DNA of 64,000 nucleotides from Octopus vulgaris (GCA_951406725.2 OX597814.1:88412001-88476000), one strand, 5' to 3'; numbered from the stretch's first letter, positions 1 to 14,315 are shown. Program-made: numbers and translations. The notes: generated by a model from the letters alone, not told the origin.

Positions 1-224
1 TCATTTAATAAAACAAAATAGACATTGGCCACTCAGCTCACTTGTTATATTTTGGAAACAACTAATATTTTATGCCAGCAACTCTCAGCAATACTTTGTA
101 CTGAATGGCATTTTACAAGTGCCCACTCCTTATCTCCATAGGTTTTGAAAGGAAAAAAAAATAATCCAGCAGATTATTTTAACTGAGTGGATATTGTTGA
201 TGGAAACTGAAAGAATCTCCTTGT

Positions 225-601
225 ATATACGACACGTTAAAAGCACCATCCGAACGTGGTAGATGCCAGCGCCGCCTGACTGGCGTCCGTATCAGTGACA
301 CGTAAAAGCACCAACCGATCATGGCAGATGCCAGCGCCGCCTGACTGGCATCCGTGTCAGTGACACGTAAAAGCACCAACCGATCGTGGCCGTTTGCCAG
401 CCTCCTCTGGGCCCTGTGCTGGTGGCACGTAAAAGGCACCCACTACACTCACGGAGTGGTTGGCGTTAGGAAGGGCATCCAGCTGTAGAAACACTGCCAG
501 ATCAGACTAGAGCCTGGTGCAACCTCCTGGCTTCCCAGACCCCAGTCAAACCGTCAAACCCATGCTGGCATGGAAAACGGATGTTAAACGATGATGATGA
601 T
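225..601 (+). mobile_element. RTE 3' UTR copy with tandem ~60-bp units and (GAT)n tail
   Basis: Repeated CACGTAAAAGCACC..CCGA.CGTGG units plus the shared terminal segment. Further copies at 811-992, 2100-2370, 20230-20483, 25030-25210 and 45060-45250 (minus). Confidence 0.85.
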
Positions 602-3600
602 GTATGTGTGTGTGTGGTGCCTACTGGCAGGTTTGTTCAAACTTTTAGAAAAATCAGTCAACTAAATGTAGAGATATTGCTGTCAACAGGTAACAGACTG
701 GTTTGCACCTCTGAGGACATGTGAAATAAGCCATCTTATTACTTGATAAACAGGCAAGGGTTAGCAACAGGAAGGGCAGCCAGCAGTAAAATAATCCCTG
801 AACAATATATCTGTGTCGGTGGCACATAAAATCACCTACTACACTCTCGGAGTGGTTGGCGTTAGGAAGGGCATCCAGCTGTAGAAACACTGCCAGATCT
901 GACTGGCCTGGTGCAGCCTTCGGGCTTGCCAGACCCCAGTTGAACCGTCCAACCCATGCTAGCATGGAAAGCGGACGTTAAACGATGATGATATCTAATC
1001 CATGTTAGCATGCAAAAATAAATGTAAAATCAAATGGAGAAGGTAATTTTGTGCAAAGGGTCATTATCCATATTTTCTTCTACTTTCTCATCCAGTGTGT
1101 GGCACTTTTTATATATGCCAATATCTAAAACTACACAGGATAGTATATGAGTATACTAGTGCCACCTATGTTAAATTTTTATGGAAATTACCAAAGAACG
1201 TGAAGAGTTATATACAGTACCTTGTCACATTAGCAGTCATGTTCCGTTTAATGATAACGTAGTATCTTATTTAGATTCTAATACCAACAAAAACATTTTT
1301 GAACATATCATACCTAGTTTAAATATTTCTGAGAAAAACCCTAACCCTTCTAAACACTTAGTGTCCTTTGTGAGCTCACAATTCCCTTCAAGAGACACCT
1401 AAGTTATGAACCACTGGTTTACACTAATTAATAATATTGGTTTATTTTGGCACAAGGCCAGCAAATTTAGGTAAAGGAATAAGTCAAGTAAATTAACCCC
1501 AGTATTCAACTGGTACTTATTTTATCAACCCTGAAAAGATGAAAGGCAAAGTCGACCTCAGTGGAATTTGAACTCAGAACATAAAGACAAACAAAATGTT
1601 GCAAAGCATTTTGCCCAGCATGCTAACAATTCTGCCAGCTTGCCATTTTACCACTAAGTAATATTAGTTTCAAATTTTGATACAAGGCCAGAAGTTTTGC
1701 AGGAGGGGCTAAGTCAATTAAAATGACCCCAGCACTCAACTAGTACTTATTTTACTGATCCAAAAAGGATAAAACACAAAATCGACCTTGGTGGTTTTTG
1801 AACACAGTATGGAAAGATGGATGAAATGTTGCTAAGCATTTCATCTGGGATGCTAATGATTCTACCAGCTCGCCTTCTTAACATTGAATAATAATATTGA
1901 TGCCACTTTGAAAATCTTGTAGTTTTTTCTTTGTTGCAAGTCAGTTAATTCATCAAGTATGATGAGCAGTAAATAAGAGATTCATTAACAAAAAATTAAA
2001 TAGTGTAATTAAAAATATAAATAAAAATACTATGTACAGTTTCTTCCACGGTAGCACCAAATTATTTACAATAAGAGGAGAAATTTTATACAATGCCAAC
2101 CATACCCTGTCCTGACTGGCTCCTGTGCTGGTAGTACGTGAAAAACACCATCTGAACATGGCTGATGCCAGTGCTGCCCGACTGGCTCTCACGTTACTGG
2201 CATGTAAAAACACCCTTATGCTCTTGGAGTGGTTGGTGTTAGGAAGGGCATCCAGCTGTAGAAACACTGCCAGATCAAATTGGAGCCTGGTGCAGCCTCC
2301 TGGCTTGCCTCCCCAGTCAAACCGTCCAGCTCATGCCAGCATGGGAAACAGACGTATGATAATGATGCTCCAGCATGTAAAATTTAGATGTTACATGTTC
2401 TAGAACAGTATTACACAAGGTGGACCGAGACAATATTTTGGTGAGGCATGAGTTACTTCAGAATGATGAATAAGCAAAAAGTGATTAAATCTTGCAGTAA
2501 AGTTTTAACTGAAGTTTCTTTGGTATATTTGCATTTGTTATATATACAAAATCTGTCCATTTATGGTGGGGCACGTTTTCTCTCTTTTTTGTGGGGGTGG
2601 GTGGGATAAATTGAAGTGGAGCTTGGGACAAAAGTGGTTGAGAAACTTTACATACAGTCTGCTTGATTATTTGAATAGCAATCATAAGGTTGATTGGTGT
2701 AAATAGTGTAAATTAGTGTATCAATTTACACTATTACCAAAGTAATAAAGAATCAGGTTTAATGATAGCTAGAGAATGAGGTTGGCAGAAGAGCAAAGAG
2801 AGATGGACATGTTTAATTTCAACAAAAGATATGAATGATATCTGTGAATCTGATGCTGTGTTCTGTTATCTGCTTGAAGACAACACAAAAAAATATCCCA
2901 AGAGTATGAAACCATGTGAAAAGTAATATTTAGATCTAGTTACTAGACATGATATAATTGGCTTATAAGATTCCTCGGCATTTTCTCAAAGATTTATATT
3001 TGAAAAAATGCTTATTGATATCAACTATGTGGAAAACATGGCAAAACTAATTAACAAGTTTTCATGCAGAGATATTTAATAACTATGATGTTATTAACCC
3101 AACATTTATGACTAACAATGCAATTTCATCTCATTATTTAGTACAATGATTTCATGTCAGCAGATACCACCATACAAACAAGACACTATTTCCTTCTACT
3201 TAATATTTCTAAACATTTAATTAAAAACAATAATGGAATCATAAGCAAAAAACTGGATAGGCATGCATGTGAAATTGTGCACAAGCACATAAGCAAATAC
3301 CTCAATATTTGAGAATCAAAATTTAGTTGGATATTCACTCACTCATTCATTCATTCCATCTAACCAGACACAAACATCAAGATATAAAACAGAATATATA
3401 CACCACAACTACACTTCTCAGGTACCATTATAGAACATAGGGTTACAAAATAAAATAGGAGTCCATAACACCATTTTTTACCAGTTTATATCCCTTATAA
3501 AAAAAAAATCTATAAAAATCCTTCAAATACACATGGTACAGTTATCATGCAACATAATTTTATCAGATCAGAAGGAATGATAACGATATTTCAATGTGTC

Positions 3601-5499
3601 AGTCAAATAAAGAAAAGCTGTATTACAACACACTAGCCTGTATTAGTTGTTTAGAAACCAGAGAATGAATTGAGGGTAGAGTAAAAAAAAAAAAAGGCTA
3701 TCATTCAAATCAATACCATTATGTTCTCATTTCATATGAATTTAGTGAATGGCCGTACATTTAACTGAGTCAACAACAATGTACTACTACTTCCTATCTT
3801 CAAGTAGCAAGCTGAAATGTTCAAATTATTTTTTTTATGTAACACCCAAATCCTACACAAATCTTTTTATCATCCCTAGAAGACCCGAATCTTACGCTAG
3901 TGTGCTCATAGAGTTGACCACAGCAACTTAACAAGTACAACTACTTTATTTTGCTGACACAGAGGAGGATGAATATCAAAGTTAATCTCTTTGGAATTTG
4001 AAATGAAAGAATTGTTATGGTAAACTAGTTATATAAAGCATCTATACTTTTGGGTGCAGTTTAGGATGTTTATATGAGTAGCAGTAGCACCATCCCAGAT
4101 ATGGCAACAGTACACCATTGTGGGTCTTGTACTTTGTAGAAGATTAGAGTTAAAGTATTTCTGGCTCTAGAAAGGAAAGCTAGCCACTAGGATGTAATTT
4201 ATTTATGGTTATTAACATAGGGGTCATTAGGAAGGAAAAAGAAAATCGAGGTTTGTGAAGCTTAGCATTTTTAACAACTTTGATCCGTTTCTTAGTAGAG
4301 CATCAAAGTGAAATATACATTAATATGTTAGCAAAGACAATTACTTGGTGCAGTTGATTTAACTTATCTTCCTGGAAGGATAGGAATAAAAAACAAAAGG
4401 AAGTTGATTCAGCAGAATTTGAACTTACAAAGTAGGGATGAAACAAACTAACTCATTACACTAGTATTTTCTTCTTTAATCAGAGTTACCTCTTGAAGGA
4501 AAAGATGAAAAGTTATATTACTGCTGTTTATTCCATTAAAGTAGAAGTGATGTGATGTAAAATCTAGCGTAAAAGAAGCAAGAATGATAAAACTAAACAT
4601 TATATTGTCACTAACTCAGTAGTCTGTACAAACCTTGTCATTAATAATGGTTTCTTACTTAGATATGTCTCATATACTTATGTGTGTGAGTGTGTCAATG
4701 TGTAATATCTATAGCTTTCCTAAATGTATAGGAAAATAAGTGAAGTGATTCTTATTGAGAATAAAAAAAAAAAGTTGGCTAATACAGCATTTACCGATAA
4801 TTGTGGTATATATATATTTTAGTCAAGGTAATGATATATTCCACCAAGGCTCAACATATTTTCATAAATTAGTAGGTATATAATTTACTGAAGTGACCTA
4901 GAGAAGATTAAAAGTTTTTTTTAAAAAATCATGTTATCAGGAACAGCAAGACTCTGGGCTAAATAAATATCTTAAAGAATTGGGTTAACTACTAGCACTG
5001 ATTTATCAACTTAAAACTGATAATAACAATGACATGTCGACAAAAGAGACTCTGTGGTAGTGCAATCTGCTAAAGACACCGGCCATGTTTCCCTTTGTCA
5101 TATCTTATTGTCATCCAGTATGCACTGTGTTTGAGAGATAAAAACTGGATGATCACAGCTAAAAGTCCCATACCACAGATCATTGGTGAGTTGACAAACA
5201 ACATAATAAAGATGATTTATTTTGACTTAAGTACAAGGTCAATTTCTGGGAATGGATTACACAGTTTACCAAACTGACAGCAGTATACTGGAGGTTATAA
5301 GACATCATGTTTCTTCCATTATGTACATGGCACAGTTGTAGTTGAAGAGTCAATGTACAGATTAAGAGACTATACAAGGATGAAAAGTCTTTCAAATGAG
5401 ATGAGGATCCAAGACAACCTAGTCAAGATTGAACTCAAACCCATAGAGAAACAAATCATTTGGTCTAGTAATTTTGGCTAAAGAGGAATAATGAAGCAA

Positions 5500-5790
5500 C
5501 AGGGAAAAAGGGAAGTAAAAGGAGAGAAGACAAGGGAAAGAGAAAAGGAAACGAGAGAGAGAGAGAAAGAGAGAGAGAGGGAAGCAGGGTGAATGAGGAG
5601 AGAAAAGACAGAAGAAAGAAGACAGAAAGGGAAAGACAAAAGAAAAGAGTGTAGTTGTAGTATCAGCAGCAGAAGTAGTAGTAGACACCAGATTAGCAGC
5701 AGCAATAGAAGTAGTAGTAGTCACAATATTAGCAGCAGCTGTAGTAGAAGTAGAGGTAGTCACCATATCAGCAGCAGCAGCAGCAGACAA
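5500..5790. repeat. Purine-rich (GA)n tract followed by (AGY)n triplet low-complexity repeat
   Basis: Directly visible. Confidence 0.9.
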
Positions 5791-6909
5791 AGAATATTAG
5801 TAAAGGAAATTAGCTCATGTTACTATCAATAGTCAAGTAGGGGAGATGAACTGTGTATGTAACCAAGTGTTGGGTGGTATTTGTATGTAAAGAGAAATAC
5901 ACTGCTAATATTTAATGAAGAAGTTACACTGACAATTCACTAAAACAGTACATTTGTTCATCATCATCATCAACAAAAACTACTACTACGTATGACACTA
6001 TATATAATATCTATTGACTAGGCAGGTTGTAACATGCAGGTGCACATGATGTAGTAGGCGATAAGACATTACTTTCCATCTAGTATGTATTATATACAGA
6101 GTACTAGTTCACTGAAGTGAAAAGCTTGATTGACAAGAGCTTGCCTCAGAAGTTTAGTGCAATCATTAATGTCAATCAAATCCATGACAAAAAGAAGCAA
6201 ATCAGAGATAGAATTAAAGACAAAGTAAGTTCAAAAAATGTCTGAACCAGGATCAAATTCGTAGCTGAAGACTTTGTTGTAAGATAGATGAGTAACCCAA
6301 CCAAAATGAATATATATATATATAAAAAAAAAAAAAAAAAAAAGAAAATTCAGCAACACAGATGACTTTGAGATTCATGAAAATTTTCAACCAGGAAACA
6401 AAATTTGGAGCTAAAAAACTTGCAGTAATCCAATATTTGTAAAGCAGTAAAAACAACAGACTAATGCATTTAGTTAGCAAGACTGTATCTTAATATTCTG
6501 CTGAAATATTTGAAACTTTCTAGAACATTCAACTTAACAATAATAGTCTGATACTGACTGGCACATGACCTTTACAATACACATACAATAGAAAATAATT
6601 ATAGCTGCCCACTTACATTAACATGGAATTAATTCCACAACTGATTAAACAGATAAGGGGAAAAACAAAATATGAACAATATGTATATATACATAATGTA
6701 TGTGTGTGTGTGTGTGTGTGTGTATCTCTCTATCTATCTATCTATATGTATAGGTGCACAAGGGGCTTTGTGGTAAGAAGCTTGCTTCCCAACCACATGG
6801 TTCGAGGATCAGTCTCACTGTATGGCACCTTGGGCAAGTGTCTTCTACTATAGCCTCAGGCCGACCAAAGCCTTGTGAGTGGATTTGGTAGATGGAAACT
6901 GAAAGAATT

Positions 6910-8310
6910 CAGGGTACAAGTAGGGGTTCTCCAAGGACTGGTACTCAGCCTCCTTGTTCATCATAATCCTTCAAGCAATAACAGAGGAATTTAAGACAGG
7001 CTGCCCCTGGGAACTTCTCTATGCTGATGACCTTGCTCTTATAGAGAAGTTCCAGATATGAAAGCAAGGTCTAGAATTGAAGGGTCAGAGTTAACCTAGC
7101 AAAAACCAAAGTCTTAGGAAGTAGGAAGGCAGTCAAATCACAAATCCCTTCAGGTAGATGGCCCTGCTTGATCTGTAGAAAAGGCGTAGGTAGAAACTCC
7201 ATAAAATGCACCCGATGTAAGCTTTGGACACATAAAAGATGCAGCAATATCAGAGGAAGGTTAACAGGGCAACTAGCTTTTATATGTGGAAGATGCACAG
7301 GTATAATAAATGCTGAAAATGTGCAGAAAATAGACAAGGGGGCAAACTAGAGGTAGTACATAGCTTTAGCAGTGGGGGTTGATGCTCTGAGAGTGTAGCT
7401 GTGAGAATAAGATTAGGCTGGGCAAAGTTCAGAGAGCTCCTACCTCTGCTAGCAACAAAGGGTCTCTCTCTCAGAGTGAAAGGCAGATTGTATGATGCCT
7501 GTGTGCGAACAGCTATGCTACATGGCAGTGTAACATGGGCTGTGGCATGCGAGGACATGAAAGAAATGAAGCTAGTATTCTTTGCTGGATGTGCAATGTC
7601 AGTGTGTATGTTTGACAGAGTGTAAGCATCTTGAGAGAAAAGTTAGGCATAAGAGATATCAGATTTGGCATAAGAGAGACAACAGTGCTGGTATGGTCAC
7701 ATGATGCATATGGACGAGGATAGCTGTGTAAAGAAGTACTAATCTCTGACTGTGGAGGGAACCTGTGGTAGAAGTAGACCCAGGAAGACATGGGACGAAG
7801 TGGTGAAGCATGATCTTTGAACTTTGAGCCTCACAGAGACAATGACTAGTGACCAAGACATTTGGCAATATGTTGTGCTTGAGAAAACACATCAAGCCAA
7901 GTTAGATTGCAGTCATGGCCAATGCTGGTGTTACGTAATTGGCACCTGTCGGTGACACGTAAAGGGCACTTTTCAAGTATTGGGCCTCAAGGAGACAAAG
8001 TGGCTGAGTTCCTATCAAGTGTTGGGCCTCACAGAGGTAAAGTGGCTGAGTTGCTTTTGAGCATTGGGCTTCATAGAAGCGAAGTAGCTGAGTTCCTTTC
8101 AAGCATTGGGCCACATAAAGGTAATGACTAAGACCTTTGGCATTATGTCGTGCTTGAGATACAGACCCATCAAGCTAAGTTAAATCACAGTTGTGACAGA
8201 TACTGGTGTTTCACAAATGGCATCCATGCCATTGGCATGTATAAGCACCAATTACACTCTTGGAATGGTTGGCATTAAGAAGGGCATCCAGCTGTAGAAA
8301 TCATGCCAAA
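6910..8310 (+). mobile_element. RTE-clade LINE, 3' fragment (RT C-terminal half with PHD-like Cys/His insert, plus 3' UTR), degenerate
   Basis: GCPWELLYADDLAL, CRKGVGRNSIKCTRCKLWTHKRCS and RIRLGWAKFRELLPLL...KGRLYDACVRTAMLHGS, with frameshifts, followed by the repetitive 3' UTR. Confidence 0.88.
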
Positions 8311-8799
8311 TCATCCTGGGCAGTCCAGGAGACCATATCTCACTCATACCTTGATTCCTGACATGGATTCCATAGCTGGATGCCCTTCATATCATTAACT
8401 ACTTACTTGAGGCAAGTAGTTGAGATGACAATGGTAAAATGATGGCTAGCCATACAGTAAACAGAGGGGTGTAACAGGTACCAATAGACCACAAACAATT
8501 CCTTGTTACTCAGGTACATGATGGGAGAGAGAGAAAGAATAAGGTGATAAAGATGGTAGAAGTTGAAACTGAATATGGATAAATCTAAAGTTCTCTTTCC
8601 TTACAGAAATGACATGATGCAAGAATAGAAGAGGGGATGATACAGAATAAGAGGCTACTGAATAGGCAAGAAGTGCAGCAAATAAAAACCTAGAAACCCC
8701 CCACCCAAAAGGGGGGGGGGTTGGAGAACTAAATTCAAATATTTATGACATATCCCATGCCAGCATAGAACTCAGATGCTAAAAGATGATGCTGATGAT

Positions 8800-9500
8800 G
8801 GTGGTCCCAGCCTCTGTCACTACCAAAATTTTACTGTTTCACCATGCTTGAATGAGTGGTCTAATTCTTAGCATCATGTATCACTTATCATAATGGCCCT
8901 TTACCAGTTCCTTCATATGAGATGCAACATCATAAATCAGTCTTCTTCACTTTGTACCAAATATTCCTCTTACACAGGTCCTATTCACTTTGAGTGCTTG
9001 TCACTTCCTTACGCAACAGTCATGGCTTATACTTCTGTTGAATCTTTGTGTGTAGACACTCTTTCTCACACACTCTCCACTTTCAGCACCTTCTCATAGT
9101 ATCACTTCCCTGCCTCTTTCTTTTTTACTGTTTTTAAAAGCAAATGTGTCATTATTCTCTAAAAACTTCTCAATAGTAAACTGTCTAGCTATAGGGAACA
9201 CTTCTCACTTCTGATCCATACATCACAGAATATGTGCAAACCTCTTTTTCCCAGTATATACCTGAAGTATAACTTCTCTTCTAGCTATCTGGTATTTTTC
9301 TCTGCTGCCACATTCTTCCAGTCTTTCCAGGCCTGTCTCCCAGCTTTTATAGACTTAATGACTATTACACCACCAGCAAGTTGCTATGCATCCAGATGAA
9401 GCATTGTAGCAGCCACAAATGTAATCCTCAGCCCTCAGTATGTTTTATTGTACAAAATCCCAATTCTCCTGTATGCTGTAAGCCTCTGTTGCCTGACACT
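8800..9500 (-). mobile_element. Degraded RTE LINE fragment (region upstream of RT)
   Basis: Minus strand reads like KRQAWKDWK...SREVI and DQK..VFPIARQF..EN.DT remnants, with many stops. Confidence 0.5.
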
Positions 9501-10935
9501 GGGTATCATATCATGCTGAAGCAAGCATGCATTACATATATATGAGAAGGCATATGGCTTAGTGGTTAAGATGTTGCACTCATGATTGCGAGATTGTGGG
9601 CTTGATTCCCAGACAGGACATTTCGTTGTGTTCTTGAGTAAAACTCAACTTCATTTCATGTTGCTCTGCAATCATTTCATCATCTGACATGTGGCACCTC
9701 TTGCACCTGTACAGGTAATGTTGATTTGATGGAGTAAGTGAGCTTATGTGTACACAAACATTTGATCACTATAAACAAATCATATGTTTGGTTGTTTGGC
9801 AAGAAATTGCTGAACCTTCTCACATCATCTAACAATGGGAGAGTCCATAATATAAGAACACAAGTTGCTAACTTTTACCTGTTTTTCAAGTAAGGGATTT
9901 CGTCATTTCACAAGTCACTGAAAGTATGATGTGAGCAGCAAATTTGTTGACAGAAGTGACAACAACAACACTACTTGTGGTGGGTAACTTACACAGAACA
10001 CAACAGTAAACACACCCACACACAAGTTCTTTCAGCTTCCATCAACCAAATTCACTAACAAGCTTTACCAACATATTCAACTAACTAGTTGCATAATCTG
10101 TTAAATAATTGTTTTTTTTAACCATCAACTTGAAAGAAAAATATTTCAAGCTCAGAATAAATTTTAGTAGTTGATAGACTAACCATTAGCTTCTACAATT
10201 TTTTGCTAACAAGAAACAAATCTATTTACTTTGGGAGCAAAAAATTCTGGAGTCTCAGAACTGATAAATTCTTTGAAGGTATTTGAAGACTTCATTTTGC
10301 AGTAAGTTATTTATCATAGATATATAAAGTATAAAGATCTTTCCCAATAGGGCTGGTTTCTCGGTTTTTGTGGCACATATACACCCTTCTGAATGAGATG
10401 CCAGTTCTTTGTGGGATTATTCATTTTTGCCAGCTGAGTGGACTGAAGTTTTTTGCTCAAGGACACAACACATCACCTGGTCCAGGAACCGAAACCAAAT
10501 CTTACGATCATGTGTCTAACACCCTAACCACTAAGTTATTTATCAAGATGCTTGGAAAACAATTAAGGTAGAGTTTTGCAGCACAGGTCATAAAAATTTA
10601 AGTTAACTGTGAGATATGTGATTCAGGGTTGACAGAGAGAAATTAGTAATTTCTGATTGGACAATGCTGGACATAAATGTCGCCGTTATTGGTACATTCT
10701 GTCAATTTTTAGGTAACTATTTCCTGCTGTAATGGTTTTGCCAGTATTTAAAAAATAGGAACACATGATTCTCCTTGTAATCTTCTTTTGATGTAGCTTC
10801 AGTTCCAAAAACTGCTTAGGTACCTGACCTCAAACCAGCTAGTACATGGAACATAGTTGGTTATCATATAAAGTTTACGCATAAATACACACACATATAT
10901 ATATATATACACACAAACACATATACATATATGTA

Positions 10936-11304
10936 TCTCTCTATATATAAACGGCAGTTTGTCTGTGCGTGTTTCTGTGTGTCTGTTTGCTTGTACCCTC
11001 ACCCTGACCACGGCTTTCAACCGATTCTGATGAAACTTGACACACACATAGCCCAATGTCATAATTCAAATCTAACGCAGCGAAAATTTTGAAAAGTTCC
11101 CCCAGTTCTGAAAAAAATCGATAAATTCGACATGGGGTCGAGAATCAGAAACACAAACCACAGACTGTCTAGGGGACGCAGCTCGACCTTTTTAACTAAA
11201 AAAATTTACCATCATTTTTTTTCCATTTTTTGGCTATAACTCTCTAAAAATGCTTTATAGTTATTTCCCTTACAAACCCGAGCAACGCCGGGCGATACTG
11301 CTAG
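10936..11304 (+). mobile_element. Non-autonomous Helitron-like element
   Basis: 5' TC start, (GTCT/GT)-rich 5' microsatellite, subterminal hairpin CCCGAGCAACGCCGGG (11277-11292) and 3' CTAG; inserted in AT/AC repeats. Confidence 0.75.
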
Positions 11305-11520
11305 TATATATATATACACACACATACACAAAAAAATATACATACACACACATTTTTCAATACACATAACAAAAATAAAAGTTCCTGGATAATGAACAAT
11401 GCATATACAGTAAGCAAGTACATCAGAAGCAGAACATGAAATCTACTGAATATTAGGAATGGATGCCAATAAAATTTTGAGTCTTTCAACATATGAAAAA
11501 GAAAAAAATTTCCTACTCAC

Positions 11521-11601
11521 ATGGTTTTCAGTTTTTTCTACTGATATGATATCTGATTTAGGTCTCTTAATACTGTTTAACATGGGCTTAAAAGACAAAC
11601 T
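11521..11601 (-). CDS. SLC9A-like Na+/H+ exchanger, coding exon 6 (start of the cytoplasmic tail; gene continues)
   Basis: tttgttgcag acceptor and CAT|GTGAGT donor, 81 nt, phase 0->0. SLSFKPMLNSIKRPKSDIISVEKTENH corresponds to NHE1 [28 protein letters not shown]. Not in the ORF track; read by hand. Confidence 0.8.
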
Positions 11602-12591
11602 CTGCAACAAATACATTATAAAGTGTCAGAGAAATTGAAACATGCTGTGAAATATGCTATTTTGAATTAGAAAAATTTAATTACATTTTGAAAATAAAAA
11701 GTGTCTTTCTAAAATAATCCAAGATGCAGAAAAGACATAAGGATATTGACCTTATAGAAGCATTAACTTCTATTTACAAATGGAGGATTAGAATTTTACG
11801 GTTAATTTCATTATGTTAAATGCAATGGTTCATTTCATAATGTGGAAGTAATAGCAAACGAAATCCAAAGACAAGTAATCATACCAAAACCACAAACTTT
11901 AATTATTCACTTTCATTGTTACATTCATATACTGTATAGAATTTTTAATAATTTTAATTGGCTGTTTTTTATGAAGCTGATTACACTGTCTGTACATTGA
12001 TAAAATTCTATAAGGTGTTTATGCCTAGATCATTTTCTCCTATATTTACACTGATTTCAGAACATGGTTTAGCAGCCTTGTCAGGTAACCATCTCCACAG
12101 GTTTTAGACAGTTATATTGACCCCTGTACTTTTGGCAGGTGCTTATTTTATCTATGTCAAGGAATGAAATGCAAAGTTCAGCTTGGCATAAAAATATAGA
12201 GCTAATATAGCCTGGTTCTTATTCTACCAGGCTCTATTAGTCTAACTGCTAAGTTATGAAGACACAAACAAATCAACATTGGTTGTCAGGTATTGAAGGG
12301 GACAAACACAAAGACACTTGTTCAAGGTGCCACACTGAGGGATTGAATCCAAAACAACATGGTCACAAAGTGAGCTTCTTAACCATACTGCCATATAGAG
12401 ACAAAGAGTATTGGCAATGTATATGTACTGAATTTAATAATCTACTCAGTGGACTGGGACTCAATCTACCTCAACAAGAACTCTTAGCACTCAAAATTTT
12501 TTTATAAAACACAATATAATAAATTCTTTACAGGAATATAAAGAAAAAAATTATAAAAGCCAGAAAGGAAATAATATATATATATATTTAC

Positions 12592-12794
12592 CAATATAAA
12601 AGTTACAAAGATTGTAAACGTCAAGATGGAAGGAATCATCATTTGTGATTGAGTTAAGTCAGTTTGGCTAAAAAACAGAACCAGCCCAAAAGTATAGAGG
12701 CCTCGGAGTATACTGTAGAACATAATAAACTGTTCAAATTTACTCAGTTTGATGGTAGTGTCTCGAGTTGGCCACCACACAAAATTGATCCCAC
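12592..12794 (-). CDS. SLC9A-like Na+/H+ exchanger, coding exon 5
   Basis: tttttctag acceptor and TTG|GTAAAT donor, 203 nt, phase 1->0. KLSKFEQFIMFYSILRGLYTFGL...SILTFTIFVTFIL aligns with NHE1 [23 protein letters not shown]...AIITVIFFTVFVQ. Confidence 0.9.
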
Positions 12795-13427
12795 CTAGAA
12801 AAATAAAAATAAAACAAAAAAATTAGTAAAATTAATGTATACTACATAAATAATCTAACAGCACAGTCAGTTCAATTTTTTTACCAATGTTCTCCCATCT
12901 TCCCATATGTGTGTGTGTGTGTGTATATATATATGATGGACTCCCGGTCTAAGATGATGTGTGAGTGTTCAGCTTTTTTGCTGAATGACCCTGCACAAAA
13001 GATTTGTTTATAGTGATCAAATTCATGTGCTTTACATTAGCACACTCCTGCCATCAAACCAACGATGTCCGAACAGATGCACTATGTGCCACATGTCAGG
13101 TGTCAAAGAGATTGCAATGCACCACCTGGTCTAGGAATTGAAACCACGATCTCATGATCATATATATGTGTGTATAAACTACTAGCAACACACCACAAGC
13201 ATATAACTTGGAGCGAAAACGAAATGTAAATCTTATAACTTTTGAAGCATGTTACATCACTTGATGAGGATCCCTGCACTGTGCATTGCATCTGATGTCA
13301 TTATATCATCTCAAACCCACTAGGGAGTAGTGCAGAAGGAAGCTGAAATGATTGTTATGCTAAATAAAGCATCTAGTTACACTCTGACTTCCATATCAAT
13401 CATTTAAAATATATATATATATGAGAC

Positions 13428-13817
13428 GCCATGATAGATCGTTAGCCACTACACACATTTTTTTTCTCTCCTTGTTTTTTCTGTGTCCCTTTCTGTAGAA
13501 GAGCGTAGGCTCGAAACATAAAAGACTTTTTCTATTCCTGAGCGTTATACAAATACATCTGTTTGTTTTGTATACCACCTGTCTTCGTCTTTTGTTTTTT
13601 CGTAAACTCTCCCTAGATATATATATAGATATAGAAATAGGGGGAGAATTCACAAAAAAACAAAAGACGAAGATAGGTGGTGTAGACAACAAACAAATGT
13701 ATTAGTTTAACGCTTGGGAAGTGAAAAAGTCTTTAATGTTTCGAGCCTACGCTCTTCCACAGAAAGAAACAAGGAGAGAAAATAAAGAATGTGTAGTGGC
13801 CAGCGATCTATCATGGC
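13428..13817. repeat. Inverted pair of ~180-bp Penelope-like terminal fragments separated and flanked by (TA)n
   Basis: GCCATGATAGATCG...GAAGAGCGTAGGCTCGAAAC...CTCCCT and its diverged reverse complement. Confidence 0.85.
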
Positions 13818-13942
13818 AAATATATAAATATATATATATAAAAGATGAAATATCTTTTTCAAAAATCTAATATTGTTGGTCATTGGGTACAAAATCCTTT
13901 ATAGGTAAAGAAGGGCTCAGAACAATTGACTAAGCTCAAATA

Positions 13943-14107
13943 TAGTGTATTTTAACATGTATAAGGAACCCCCTAATTTTGGGGGCTGAAAATATGGAAA
14001 AAAGTTTTGTAAGGGATTATAATACTATTCATGCATAAGAAACTCCCATATTTTTTAAACTTAATTTTTGACAAAAAAGGGTTCCTTATACATGTTAAAA
14101 TATGGTA
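13943..14107. mobile_element. Tc1/pogo-type MITE with ~28-bp TIRs
   Basis: TATTTTAACATGTATAAGGAACCC ... GGGTTCCTTATACATGTTAAAATA, with TA ends. Confidence 0.7.
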
Positions 14108-14315
14108 TTATTTGGACTTATTTTATGCATTTAACAGTGATGAAAACTAAAATAAATCTTAAAAGGATTTGAACTAGGAAATGTGGAATCTAACTAGATA
14201 ATATAAAGCATTTAATCCAGCTCACTTTTCTGTACAAATTGGAAGGTAGCCTTTTTTAGTTTATATCAGAAACTTACTTCAACTAACAGCAACAAAATTG
14301 ATAAAACAGGCATTA

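Noticed and set aside
5419-5832. ORFs with poly-Ala/Thr/Ser tracts
   Set aside because: These are translations of (AGY)n and (GA)n simple repeats.
6751-6905. tRNA genes suggested by A/B-box motifs
   Set aside because: The motifs continue into multi-copy SINE bodies and do not fold as full tRNAs.
1-11500. Next coding exon of the exchanger (cytoplasmic tail)
   Set aside because: The candidate minus-strand acceptor/donor pairs I checked (~40-100, ~4050-4165, ~9880-9920) had in-frame stops or were TE-derived. The exon probably lies outside the window, although a divergent one could have been missed.
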